Positions 1 through 13,893 of a DNA stretch of 64,000 bases are shown here, piece by piece (positions within the stretch are counted from its first letter, which is position 1; the number at the start of each line of letters is the position of its first letter). The stretch is from Paraspadella gotoi (lineage: Eukaryota > Animalia > Chaetognatha), in the NCBI GenBank assembly GCA_051294375.1, contig CM119265.1, positions 20,866,221 through 20,930,220 on the forward strand, in the 5' to 3' direction. The notes below the pieces were generated by a model. That model was not told the origin of the DNA, did no database searches, and worked only from the letters and a program-made list of their open reading frames with translations. A program made the translations under genes and the position numbers.

Positions 1-712
1 CCCAACGGATCACAGTTATATGGAAACTTCGTTGGGTTTTTTTTTCTTTTTTTCTTTTTTAGAAATGGAGTTTTTTTTTTTTTTTTTTGTTCCTCGAGTC
101 AGAAGCGGGAATCTTCTTCAGATGGGACGAGGCTTAGAACAGGAGAAGTTATTAAGGCGCGAAATTGGAGAATCGCGGCTGCACGAAAACAAAGGGAAAC
201 CGCGACCGAAAAAAAAAGTGAGTTACTAATGAGTTTAACAAGTTAATTTAACTGCTGAACGAAGTTTCGTCGCCATTCTTTTAATTAGAGCAATGCGCAA
301 TCCCGGGACATTACACCATGCGCGTGTAAATACTGTTAGTACTGCTAGTACACGCGCGCGTGTAAAATCGTCTCTAATCATCGAAACCAAAGAGAGTGGG
401 CGCGCCCCAGAGTGGAGGCGTAAAGCCTCTCGCGAGAGCAAAGGTTGTGAATTCTCGTAATTATTCGTAATAGACACGTGATTGACAAAAACGCCATCGC
501 GCGGTTATATTTTCTTCGTCGCTTATTTTTCTCGGTTTGTGATTGTGACTTTGAAAAAACAAACGCGGCTCCTCATTATTTATTCATTCGTCTCTTTTTT
601 TCCAGTCAAATTATCATTTTTGTCTTTCATTCTTTCTTTCTTTATTTGTTTCTTTGTTTCTTTCTTTCTCCTTTTCTTTCTCTCTCTTGCTCTCTATCTC
701 TTCTCCCTCTCT

Positions 713-758
<46 letters not shown>

Positions 759-1118
759 CCCCTCTCTCCCTCTTTGACTTTGTCCGTCTCAGTCGTGCGT
801 CACCGACGTTCGCGTCAACCGTGGAACGTCACGCGAGGAAATTCCTTTTTCTGTCAGAGTAGCGATAGATTAATGACGACGAAGTTGACCGGCTTGTGAC
901 TGGATTGTGATTCAAACGTGTTATATGTGATGGATTATGATAATGATAGATCCGTAATGGAGTTATGGGTCAATGATACTTTGTGATGGTGACGGAATTT
1001 GGGGTGATTGGGTGATAATCGGTTATAAATTACGATGGTGACAGATTTACGACGACTAGTGGTGACGCGAGCTGTGATAGATTGTGATGTGATTAACGAG
1101 GGAGTGGAGACTGGAGAC

Positions 1119-1190
<72 letters not shown>

Positions 1191-1343
1191 GAGAGAGAGA
1201 GAGTAGGACGAAGACAGAGTCGAAGAGTTATCGGCTTCACAGCTCGACCCCCTGGGGGCGCGGAAGAGGAAAATAGGGGAGAAGAGAGGGCAGAGAAGAG
1301 AAGAGAAAGAAAAGAAAAGAAAAGAAAAGAAAAGAAAAAGAAA

Positions 1344-1474
1344 AGACAAGACAAGACAAGACAAGACAAGACAGACAGACAAGACAAGACAAGACAAGAC
1401 AAGACAAGACAAGACAAGACAAGACAAGACAAAGACAAGACAAGACAAGACAAGACAAGACAAGACAAGACAAG
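1344..1474. repeat. (GACAA)n pentanucleotide microsatellite adjoining (GAAAA)n and (GA)n; longer in the duplicate at 7630-7853
   Basis: Directly visible; source of the spurious LVLSC ORFs. Confidence 0.95.
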
Positions 1475-1689
1475 CAAACAAGACAAACAATTAAAAAAGA
1501 ACTGAACCGATGGAAAGTCTCGGACGATTTATCAAAACAAAAGATGTCGAACTGAATTTTTCTGAGTAGCGAAAATTTATGTCCAAATATATGGATATTT
1601 TTGATATTAGAAGCAAAGAAAATTTATTGTGTATTGTACTTAATAAAAGTAAGGACGGAAATTCTGAGGATTTATGAATTCTCCTATTA

Positions 1690-1882
1690 AGGCAACGGAG
1701 GGACATGTGTGATGCCTGGGGTGTGAGGCATCTCCCGACAGCTGGCGCTCGGGGCTTTGGACCTGCAGTGACCACCCCATGTTACTGGCGTGAGGGGATT
1801 GAACCCACTCACGGTTGGTGAACGAGTCCTTGGCTGTCCAAGCCAATGGGACGAGCTGAGTTTCCCCAAGCTATACGGGAGG
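1690..1882 (-). other. GC-rich, highly structured ~190-nt element with a Pol III B-box-like motif (SINE, retroelement 5' UTR or ncRNA); duplicate 8054-8246
   Basis: Minus-strand hairpins: GTCC-CA-TTGGCT..AGCCAA-GGAC, CGTGAG-TGGGTTCAATCCC-CTCACG (contains GGTTCAATCC) and GATGCCT..AGGCATC. Boundaries against the AT-rich flanks are sharp. Confidence 0.4.
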
Positions 1883-2967
1883 AAAATTTAGGATTCGCCA
1901 CACTATCCTTTCTTCCTTCTTGTTATTTCATGAAACTTGAAAGAATGAAACCCTATATCTATTATATCGGGCAAATTAGCTGTCGTTAAAATATTTTTTT
2001 TTTAAAAGAAATGATTAAGAATCTATATCGTCGCCGTCGTCGTCGCTATCGTCGTCACCGTCGTCGTCTTCTTCGTCGGCAACTTTCCCCGATTAGTTCC
2101 CCTCGATTCACGATTTCCCCCCCCCCTTTGATATAAAAAAAAAAACGGACGAAAATGGGCGGGAATATCAAAAAAACGTTATCGCTAAACATTTGCTTGA
2201 TTTATTGGCAGATTGATGCGGGGCTCGACGCGCGGCGCGTAATGAGGGTTATGACGGGAGGCGTAATGGATTTGGAGGGTGGAGTGGTGGGAGGGTGGAG
2301 TGGGGGTGGGTGGAGAGGGGAAAGGTGGAGTGGAGGGAGGGTGGAGTGGGCGGAGGGTGGATAGGGGGGGGCGGAGTGGGCGGAGGGTGGAGAGGGGGAG
2401 TGTGGAGGGTGGAGAGGGGAGGGGGAGGATTAAAATTGATATTTAGGAAAATAGTTTTAATGAGAAGGAGAAACATTACGAAAGAATTATGAAGAGAAGG
2501 GAAGATACGACTGCATTATAATAAATATTCCGCCGAAGAACTTGTTACTCAACAATTCTAACTTTGAAGTCAAGAAAGAGGCTGGCGTTGAGGGCAGAGA
2601 AAAAAATACTAAACTCGTAAAACTAAAAAAAAGGGAGAAAATTAAAAAAGGAAGAAACTTGAGTAATTGAGAAAAGAAAGCAATCTAAAAAATGAGAGGA
2701 AGAAAATGGGAAAGCCGGAGTTCCAAAATAAAGAAGTGCCCCAATAAAATGATAAAAAAGGAGAGAAAATAAAAGAAAGAACCGGAAAAGGGAGAGTCCA
2801 AAAAAAGAAAGGAGAGCAGCCGATTCTCGATATAAAGGAGACAGAGAGAGAGAAAAACGCAATGAACGTAAATATTCGGCAAATTGCGCTTCATCTTATT
2901 GGAATTCTGATTTACGCCCAGCCACGGCCGATCTGCTACCCCCTTTTTTTCTTTCCCAGACCCTGAC

Positions 2968-3057
2968 CGGAATCCAAACATTCATCACTGCCGAAGCCGC
3001 CGCCGCCGACGACGCCGCAGTCGCCGCCGCCGGCGCCGCCGCAGTTGGGTGATTCAT
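2968..3057 (-). CDS. Candidate first coding exon with a poly-Ala N-terminus (duplicate copy near 9346-9435)
   Basis: aaaATG start, 30 codons MNHPTAAAPAAATAASSAAAASAVMNVWIP, then a GTCAGG donor, inside a GC-rich island. No downstream exon could be assigned. Confidence 0.3.
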
Positions 3058-4520
3058 TTTCACGTGAAACAAGAAGGCGACTCCGTTTCTGCCGATGACG
3101 ATTTGTTTATCTTTTTTAATTTTTTTCTCTGGGGGATAAAACAAAAGGGACCGAACACGTCACCGCCATCTCTTGAGTGAAAAATCGTTTATGGAGAAAC
3201 CTAAAAAAAAAGGGAGTTAGAAGATAATTTATTGGTTAATTCGATTGTTAATTTCGATTTTTATTTTGGTTGCAATTTTCGAATTACTCTTGGTTGAACA
3301 ACGTTTACATTTGCTTGTTTTTTTTTTTTTAGCCTCGTAGTCTTTTGTTGACTTTGTCATCCATAAAAGAAATAACAATTTGAATGAATAATAATTAATA
3401 TTCATGATGGTGGGACTATTTAAACTATTAAAACTTTTATAAACTAGTACATATACGTAAGGGGACTCACGTTTGATTCTTCTCTTTTAGTAAGCTTTAA
3501 ATTGTTATCCTGTCGAATGTCAAATGACTAATGTCAAATGTCAAATGCCTAATGTCTCTGTATCTCTCGTTTCGCTCTTGTATTTCTGTGGTTGTTCTCT
3601 TCATGTGTTTCCCTGTCCCTAATCTAATTTACTTGTCATTTTAATTCTCATCTTTCTCCTCCCTTTTCATTCTCTCTCTTCCCCTCTCATGTCTCTTTGA
3701 CTTTGTATTCTTTTCAACTCTTTACCTTAACACACTCCAAGGTCTCGCCACACCCCCCACTCCCTTTCACCCTCGCACTCACTTCCCAATTCCTTTCGCT
3801 CTTTGGCGCCTTTATATCGATTCCCGTCGAATGGTTGCGTCTGTTCCGTCGCTAAGCAACGCCGAATCAGGTTTTTCTTTTCGTCTCGATCCGTTGCCAA
3901 GAGATCTCGACAAAACGCTTGGCGAGTGGCGGCAGTTTTTAAAAAAGAAAAGGAACCAAAAAAAAAGGAAAAAGGAAACTGTTGTTGGTTCGATGTGTGT
4001 GTTTGAGTGGAGATGATGTCAAATATTGAGTAAGAAAAAATGCAATCTTATAACATCTGATAAAGATAAAAGATATTATTAAAGAGATGATTAATGATTA
4101 TTTTTCCTTAAAAGAAATATTTAATAATGATATTAAAAAAAAAATCTGGGGTTATTATAAATAGCCCACAAATTCATAATGAAGCGACCTTGATCGTATA
4201 AATCGGTTTAAGTCAGTACAATGGTAAATTGAAAAAAAATATGTGGTCGAACGTACCTTTGACTTTTTCTGCTATATATATATATATATATAAATATACA
4301 GGACAATAATTCCAATAGTTACAGTTAAACAATCGAATCTATGTCGTCTGAGCTCAAAACTTCAATTGTCAGACTCTATATTTTTGAGGAATATTTTTTC
4401 TTTGAAGTCAAATGATGAGTGGATCCTTTGAGAATTCGAATAGGATTCTCTCTGTCGCCTTTCGATGCCAACTCTTTGCGCGGGTTCCGTTGTTGTTGTT
4501 GTTGTTGCTGTTGTTGTTGT

Positions 4521-4598
<78 letters not shown>

Positions 4599-5090
4599 CT
4601 ATGTGATCCCGGTGATGCCGATTAAATTAGTTGCCGAGTATATGTTTAAATATTTCCATGTTAGTCTTTTCGGTTTTAATATCATTTTCGGAAAATTAAT
4701 TTAGTTTCATTCACACAACCGAGACGTGGAACTATGCATAAAAAACCATTACTAATTTAATTTAATTTAATAATCAACTCAAATAACTAAATCTTTAAAT
4801 CGCCGAGAATTGAAAACTTGCAGGGACTTGCTATTTCATTATCTTGTAAGAGTGATGGAGGCAAGATAGCTTATTTATTAAATGAATAGATAATTTTATA
4901 TTGGTTGTACCAATTTGATAAAGAACTTTAAACGATTTTACTAATTACATTTTGACAATTTAAAATCTTCCCCTCACTCCGCCCCCCTCGACGTCTCCAC
5001 GACGAAACAAACGTCAAAGTTCGTCCTTCGTCTCTCGTCTGACCGGAAATCGGCCCCCTGGCGGTTCGTTCCAACGGACAATATAGAAGT

Positions 5091-5260
5091 TATTTACATC
5101 CGGGGATAAGAGCGTTTTTACAGACGGAGATAGAAGACGGATCATATAGTTAGAAGATAGTTACATCCGGGGACAGAAGGTATTAACATCCGGGAACAGA
5201 AAACGGATAAGGATGTTATTTACATCAGGGTTTCGAATATGTTTGTTTACATCCGGGAGA
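5091..5260 (-). promoter_or_regulatory. Homotypic cluster of ETS-like sites (CCGGATGT on the minus strand)
   Basis: ACATCCGGG occurs four times plus one ACATCAGGG within ~170 bp; ACCGGAAAT lies at 5042. Confidence 0.35.
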
Positions 5261-6091
5261 GAAGATAGAAGAAAAAGAAAGAGAAGACTATCACGACGAC
5301 GACGACGACGTTCCTTCTCAACCGGGTCTAAAACGGGACCCCCCCCAAAAAAAAAAAAAATACTTTGTTTCGTTTCATCCAGTACAACGTTGTCTCCTCA
5401 TTGTTTCCCTTTTTTTTCCCCCAGTTTCCGTGATGAGCGCACGTCGCTCCCTCTGGATAAGCGTTAATGGCAATCAATTAAGGTTAACGACGCCACGCCC
5501 ATCGAGAAAAAAGGCTGGCGACGCGAAAGGGATGAAAAGAACAATTGAATTAACTCGGCGGAGAAGGAGGAACCAGAGGGGGGAATGCTAGACCGGAAGA
5601 CGTCAGTGGCAGTTGAGAGGGGGGGAGAGGTCGGGGACTCGTCGCTCTGTTCTCTATCCCTTTTAGCCTTGGACTGTAAAGCTCATTCACGGACAGAGGG
5701 TTTTACAGAGTCTGAAGGTTTATAAAAGATTCAACGACGCGGAGTAAAAAAAAAAAGTATCTGCGTTTTGATAATTGACTTTGAACATTGAATTTAGAAA
5801 AATTGAGATTAGATAACATTTTAGTTTTTCAGAATTATCATTTTGGCAAGATTTCTATTTTAAATTTGATTTATTTTTGGACTCTGCTCGTCATAAGAAA
5901 TTGATGAAAATTTAAAAAAATTAAATTTTAGGTTTTCTTTTTTCGCCAAGGAAAAAAATATAAATGAAAAGTAGTTAATTTAATTTTTTTGCGGCTTCTC
6001 AGCTACTTTTTGTCGTTTTATTTTAATATGATGGAAAAGGTGTTTTAGAAATCTTATTTCGTTTTGTATTTATAATCAAGTTTTCGGAAAC

Positions 6092-6180
<89 letters not shown>

Positions 6181-6595
6181 CCTTCTTTTCCCTCCAGACT
6201 GTTTATGGCGGTCTCCTTTGTCTCTTGTTTATTCCCTAATCGCAAAATCGATCCTTGCCTCCGGTAAAAACGGTTCAGTCGCTCCAGGCCTCTTTATTAT
6301 TTCCCTTCTTCCTTTATTTCCTTTTTCTTTCATCAACTTCTTTGTTTCTTTTTTTTATTATTTTCGTTTCTTTTTTCCTTTTTCATTCATCGACTTGTTT
6401 AATGTTTGTATCTTTTTTTTTATTATACTTTCTTTATTTTTCACCAGCGGAGATTCGTTGTGGATTTTCTTTAATTCTTACCTTTAATTTTTCTCCTTTC
6501 ACTTTTCATTTATCTCTCTCGTTTGATAATTTATAATATGTTCTTTCATATCCATTTTTCGTCTTCAACGTTTAGAGAAAGTATGTATTTTTTTC

Positions 6596-6941
6596 TCTTT
6601 TCGTTACGCCGCGAGTACTCGCGGAGCAACTCTATAAGTCAATTTTCTGTCGGTCGGTCTGTCGGTCGGTCGATCGGATGGTATGTCCGTCTGTCGATCT
6701 GTCCCACTTATGTTAAAAATGCATATAATTTGTTAAGATTTTTGTTAAGATAGAAAAAACCTCAAAACTAAAAGACTGCTAACCGCCGCCATCAAGAATT
6801 CCTAAAACTATAAAAAAATACAAGACATAATTTTGCTGCCTTGCATGCTTTAATCCACGGGCAAAAATTTTTTTAGTCATGTCATATCATGTGAAAATAA
6901 AATCACTGCGGCGCAACACATTGGAATTACCGTTCTTGTTT
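6596..6941 (+). mobile_element. Helentron-associated / DINE-1-like non-autonomous element (HINE-like); duplicate copy ~13008-13352
   Basis: Starts in a T-run, then the palindrome CCGCGAGTACTCGCGG, a (GTCG/GTCY)n microsatellite and GTCCCACTTA. It ends at CAACACATTGG..ACCG.TCT.GTT. A homologous diverged copy lies at 20868-21203. Confidence 0.55.
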
Positions 6942-7139
6942 CCCTTATGTCTTTCCCTCTTCTTTATTTCTTTTTAAAATTTGTTGGTTTTTTTTTTTCA
7001 CCTCTAATTATTTGTGGATCTGATTTATTTCTAGAGGAAAAGCGCCTTTAATTCGAAGACGTTTACTCGGAATTTATCACCTTCTGCTTCAGAAGAAATT
7101 CTTTAGAATTCGTCACACCTTAGTTCAATCTATGTGAAC

Positions 7140-7227
<88 letters not shown>

Positions 7228-7428
7228 TTTAACCGCCATTGAAGTTATTTTGACGAAGTCATTGTCGTCTACGTAGTCGTTGTTGTCAACGCCGTCGTTT
7301 TCTCCGTCCACATCGTTGTCGTCGTCGTCGTCGTCGTCGTCGTAGTCAACGTGGAGAGAACGCGTTCGACGCAGTTTCCCTTTTCTGTGGAAGTTTNNNN
7401 NNNNNNNNNNNNNNNNNNNNNGAGACTG

Positions 7429-7482
<54 letters not shown>

Positions 7483-10400
7483 AAGAGAGAGAGAGAGAGG
7501 GACGAAGACAGAGTCGAAGAGTTATCGGCCTCACAGCTCGACCCCCTGGGGGCGCGGAAGAGGAAAATAGGGGAGAGAGAGGGGCAGAGAAGAGAAGAAA
7601 AGAAAAGAAAAAAAAAGAAAAGAAAAGAAAAGACAAGACAAGAACAAGACAAGACAAGACAAGACAAGACAAGACAAGACAAGACAAGACAAGACAAGAC
7701 AAGAAAAGACAAGAGACAAAGACAAGACAAGACAAGACAAGACAAGACAAGACAAGACAAGAAGACAAGACAAGACAAGACAAGACAAGACAATACAAGA
7801 CAAGACAAGACAAGAGACAAGACAAGACAAGACAAGACAAGACAAGACAAGACATTAAAAAAGAACTGAACCGATGGAAAGTCTCGGACGATTTATCAAA
7901 ACAAAAGATGTCGAACTGAATTTTTCTGAGTAGCGAAAATTTATGTCCAAATATATGGATATTTTTGATATTAGAAGCAAAGAAAATTTATTGTGTATTG
8001 TACTTAATAAAAGTAAGGACGGAAATTCTGAGGATTTATGAATTCTCCTATTAAGGCAACGGAGGGACATGTGTGATGCCTGGGGTGTGAGGCATCTCCC
8101 GACAGCTGGCGCTCGGGGCTTTGGACCTGCAGTGACCACCCCATGTTACTGGCGTGAGGGGATTGAACCCACTCACGGTTGGTGAACGAGTCCTTGGCTG
8201 TCCAAGCCAATGGGACGAGCTGAGTTTCCCCAAGCTATACGGGAGGAAAATTTAGGATTCGCCACACTATCCTTTCTTCCTTCTTGTTATTTCATGAAAC
8301 TTGAAAGAATGAAACCCTATATCTATTATATCGGGCAAATTAGCTGTCGTTAAAATATTTTTTTTTAAAAGAAATGATTAAGAATCTATATCGTCGCCGT
8401 CGTCGTCGCTATCGTCGTCACCGTCGTCGTCTTCTTCGTCGGCAACTTTCCCCGATTAGTTCCCCTCGATTCACGATTCCCCCCCCCCCTTTGATATAAA
8501 AAAAAAAACGGACGAAAATGGGCGGGATATTCAAAAAAACGTTATCGCTAAACATTTGCTTGATTTATTGGCAGATTGATGCGGGGTCGACGCGCGGCGT
8601 CGTAATGAGGGTTATGACGGGAGGCGTAATGGATTTGGAGGGTGGAGTGGTGGGAGGGTGGATGGGGGTGGGTGGAGAGGGGAAAGGTGGAGTGGAGGGA
8701 GGGTGGAGTGGCGCGGAGGGTGGATAGGGGGAGGGCGGAGTGGGCGGAGGGTGGCAGAGGGGGAGTGTGGAGGGTGGAGAGGGAGGGGGAGGAATTAAAA
8801 ATTGATATTTAGGAAAATAGTTTTAAATGAGAAGGAGAAACATTACGAAAAGAATTATGAAGAGAAGGGAAGATACGACTGCATTATAATAAATATTCCG
8901 CCGAAGAACTTGTTACTCAACAATTCTAACTTTGAAGTCAAGAAAGAGGCTGGCGTTGAGGGCAGAGAAAAAAAATACTAAACTCGTAAAACTAAAAAAA
9001 AAAGGGAGAAAATTAAAAAAAGGAAGAAACTTGAGTAAATTGAGAAAAGAAAGCAAATCTAAAAAATGAGAGGAAGAAAATGGGAAAGCCGGAGTTCCAA
9101 AATAAAGAAGTGCCCCAATAAAATGATAAAAAAAGGAGAGAAAATAAAAGCAAAGAACCGGAAAAGGGAGAGTCCCAAAAAAAGAAAGGAGAGCAGCCGA
9201 TTCTCGATATAAAGGAGACAGAGAGAGAGAAAAACGCAATGAACGTAAATATTCGGCAAATTGCGCTTCATCTTATTGGAATTCTGATTTACGCCCAGCC
9301 ACGGCCGATCTGCTACCCCCTTTTTTTCTTTCCCAGACCCTGACCGGAATCCAAACATTCATCACTGCCGAAGCCGCCGCCGCCGACGACGCCGCAGTCG
9401 CCGCCGCCGGCGCCGCCGCAGTTGGGTGATTCATTTTCACGTGAAACAAGAAGGCGACTCCGTTTCTGCCGATGACGATTTGTTTATCTTTTTTAATTTT
9501 TTTCTCTGGGGGATAAAAACAAAAGGGGACCGAACACGTCACCGCCATCTCTTGAGTGAAAAATCGTTTATGGAGAAACCTAAAAAAAAAGGGAGTTAGA
9601 CAGATAATTTATTGGTTAATTCGATTGTTAATTTCGATTTTTATTTTGGTTGCAATTTTCGAATTACTCTTGGTTGAACAACGTTTACATTTGCTTGTTT
9701 TTTTTTTTTAGCCTCGTAGTCTTTTGTTGACTTTGTCATCCATAAAAGAAATAACAATTTGAATGAATAATAATTAATATTCATGATGGTGGGACTATTT
9801 AAACTATTAAAACTTTTATAAACTAGTACATATACGTAAGGGGACTCACGTTTGATTCTTCTCTTTTAGTAAGCTTTAAATTGTTATCCTGTCGAATGTC
9901 AAATGACTAATGTCAAATGTCAAATGCCTAATGTCTCTGTATCTCTCGTTTCGCTCTTGTATTTCTGTGGTTGTTCTCTTCATGTGTTTCCCTGTCCCTA
10001 ATCTAATTTACTTGTCATTTTAATTCTCATCTTTCTCCTTCCCTTTTCATTCTCTCTCTTCCCCTCTCATGTCTCTTTGACTTTGTATTCTTTTCAACTC
10101 TTTACCTTAACACACTCCAAGGTCTCGCCACACCCCCCACTCCCTTTCACCCTCGCACTCACTTCCCAATTCCTTTCGCTCTTTGGCGCCTTTATATCGA
10201 TTCCCGTCGAATGGTTGCGTCTGTTCCGTCGCTAAGCAACGCCGAATCAGGTTTTTCTTTTCGTCTCGATCCGTTGCCAAGAGATCTCGACAAAACGCTT
10301 GGCGAGTGGCGGCAGTTTTTAAAAAAGAAAAGGAACCAAAAAAAAAAGGAAAAAGGAAACTGTTGTTGGTTCGATGTGTGTGTTTGAGTGGAGATGATGT

Positions 10401-10908
10401 CAAATATTGAGTAAGAAAAAATGCAATCTTATAACATCTGATAAAGATAAAAGATATTATTAAAAGAGATGATTAATGATTATTTTTCCTTAAAAAGAAA
10501 TATTTAATAATGATATTAAAAAAAAAATCTGGGGTTATATAAAATAGCCCACAAATTCATAATGAAGCGACCTTGATCGGTATAAATCGGTTTAAGTCAG
10601 TACAATGGTAAATTTGAAAAAAAATATGTGGTCGAACGTACCTTTGACTTTTTCTGCTATATATATATATATATATATAAATATACAGGACAATAATTCC
10701 AATAGTTACAGTTAAACAATCGAATCTATGTCGTCTGAGCTCAAAACTTCAATTGTCAGACTCTATATTTTTGAGGAATATTTTTTTCTTTGAAGTCAAA
10801 TGATGAGTGGATCCTTTGAGAATTCGAATAGGATTCTCTCTGTCGCCTTTCGATGCCAACTCTTTGCGCGGGTTCCGTTGTTGTTGTTGTTGTTGCTGTT
10901 GTTGTTGT

Positions 10909-10977
<69 letters not shown>

Positions 10978-12482
10978 CTATGTGATCCGGTGATGCCGAT
11001 TAAATTAGTTGCCGAGTATATGTTTAAATATTTCCATGTTAGTCTTTTCGGTTTTAATATCATTTTCGGAAAATTAATTTAGTTTCATTCACACAACCGA
11101 GACGTGGAACTATGCATAAAAAACCATTACTAATTTAATTTAATTTAATAATCAACTCAAATAACTAAATCTTTAAATCGCCGAGAATTGAAAACTTGCA
11201 GGGACTTGCTATTTCATTATCTTGTAAGAGTGATGGAGGCAAGATAGCTTATTTATTAAATGAATAGATAATTTTTATATTGGTTGTACCAATTTGATAA
11301 AGAACTTTAAACGATTTTACTAATTACATTTTGACAATTTAAAATCTTCCCCTCACTCCGCCCCCCCTCGACGTCTCCACGACGAAACAAACGTCAAAGT
11401 TCGTCCTTCGTCTCTCGTCTGACCGGAAATCGGCCCCCTGGCGGTCGTTCCAACGGACAATATAGAAGTTATTTACATCCGGGGATAAGAGCGTTTTTAC
11501 AGACGGAGATAGAAGACGGATCATATAGTTAGAAGATAGTTACATCCGGGGACAGAAGGTATTAACATCCGGGAACAGAAAACGGATAAGGATGTTATTT
11601 ACATCAGGGTTTCGAATATGTTTGTTTACATCCGGGGAGAGAAGATAGAAGAAAAAGAAAGAGAAGACTATCACGACGACGACGACGACGTTCCTTCTCA
11701 ACCGGGTCTAAAACGGGACCCCCCCCCCAAAAAAAAAAAAAAATACTTTGTTTCGTTTCATCCCAGTACAACGTTGTCTCCTCATTGTTTCCCTTTTTTT
11801 TCCCCCAGTTTCCGTGATGAGCGCACGTCGCTCCCTCTGGATAAGCGTTAATGGCAATCAATTAAGGTTAACGACGCCACGCCCATCGAGAAAAAAGGCT
11901 GGCGACGCGAAAGGGATGAAAAGAACAATTGAATTAACTCGGCGGAGAAGGAGGAACCAGAGGGGGGGGAATGCTAGACCGGAAGACGTCAGTGGCAGTT
12001 GAGAGGGGGGGGAGAGGTCGGGGACTCGTCGCTCTGTTCTCTATCCCTTTTAGCCTTGGACTGTAAAGCTCATTCACGGACAGAGGGTTTTACAGAGTCT
12101 GAAGGTTTATAAAAGATTCAACGACGCGGAGTAAAAAAAAAAAGTATCTGCGTTTTTGATAATATGACTTTGAACATTGAATTTAGAAAAATTGAGATTA
12201 GATAACATTTTAGTTTTTCAGAATTATCATTTTGGCAAGATTTCTATTTTAAATTTGATTTATTTTTGGACTCTGCTCGTCATAAGAAATTGATGAAAAT
12301 TTAAAAAAATTAAATTTTTAGGTTTTCTTTTTTCGCCAAGGAAAAAAATATAAATGAAAAGTAGTTAATTTAATTTTTTTGCGGCTTCTCAGCTACTTTT
12401 TTGTCGTTTTATTTTAATATGATGGAAAAGGTGTTTTAGAAATCTTATTTCGTTTTGTATTTATAATCAAGTTTTCGGAAAC

Positions 12483-12589
<107 letters not shown>

Positions 12590-13550
12590 CCTTCTTTTCC
12601 CTCCAGACTGTTTATGGCGGTCTCCTTTGTCTCTTGTTTATTCCCCTAATCGCAAAATCGATCCTTGCCTCCGGTAAAAACGGTTCAGTCGCTCCAGGCC
12701 TCTTTATTATTTCCCTTCTTCCTTTATTTCCTTTTTCTTTCATCAACTTCTTTGTTTCTTTTTTTTATTATTTTCGTTTCTTTTTTCCTTTTTCATTCAT
12801 CGACTTGTTTAATGTTTGTATCTTTTTTTTTATTATACTTTCTTTATTTTTCACCAGCGGAGATTCGTTGTGGATTTTCTTTAATTCTTACCTTTAATTT
12901 TTCTCCTTTCACTTTTCATTTATCTCTCTCGTTTGATAATTTATAATATGTTCTTTCATATCCATTTTTCGTCTTCAACGTTTAGAGAAAGTATGTATTT
13001 TTTTCTCTTTTTCGTTACGCCGCGAGTACTCGCGGAGCAACTCTATAAGTCAATTTTCTGTCGGTCGGTCTGTCGGTCGGTCGATCGGATGGTATGTCCG
13101 TCTGTCGATCTGTCCCACTTATGTTAAAAATGCATATAATTTGTTAAGATTTTTGTTAAGATAGAAAAAACCTCAAAACTAAAAGACTGCTAACGCCGCC
13201 ATCAAGAATTCCTAAAACTATAAAAAAATACAAGACATAATTTTGCTGCCTTGCATGCTTTAAATCCACGGGCAAAAATTTTTTTAGTCATGTCATATCA
13301 TGTGAAAATAAAATCACTGCGGCGCAACACATTGGAATTACCGTTCTTGTTTCCCTTATGTCTTTTCCCTCTTCTTTATTTCTTTTTAAAATTTGTTGGT
13401 TTTTTTTTTTCACCTCTAATTATTTGTGGACTGATTTATTTCTAGAGGAAAGCGCCTTTAATTCGAAGACGTTTACTCGGAATTTATCACCTTCTGCTTC
13501 AGAAGAAATTCTTTAGAATTCGTCACACCTTAGTTCAATCTATGTGGAAC

Positions 13551-13638
<88 letters not shown>

Positions 13639-13803
13639 TTTAACCGCCATTGAAGTTATTTTGACGAAGTCATTGTCGTCTACGTAGTCGTTGTTGTCAA
13701 CGCCGTCGTTTCTCCGTCCACATCGTTGTCGTCTCGTCGTCGTCGTCGTCGTAGTCAACGTGGAGAGACGCGTTCGACGCAGTTTCCCTTTTCTGTGGAA
13801 GTT

Positions 13804-13893
<90 letters not shown>

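Noticed and set aside
311-366. Palindrome TACACGCGCGCGTGTA with a nearby GCGCGTGTAAA repeat
   Set aside because: Too short to assign; no partner terminus found in the window.
4521-4598. Poly-Asp, poly-Met or poly-His ORFs
   Set aside because: Pure (GAT)n microsatellite in an AT-rich non-coding context.
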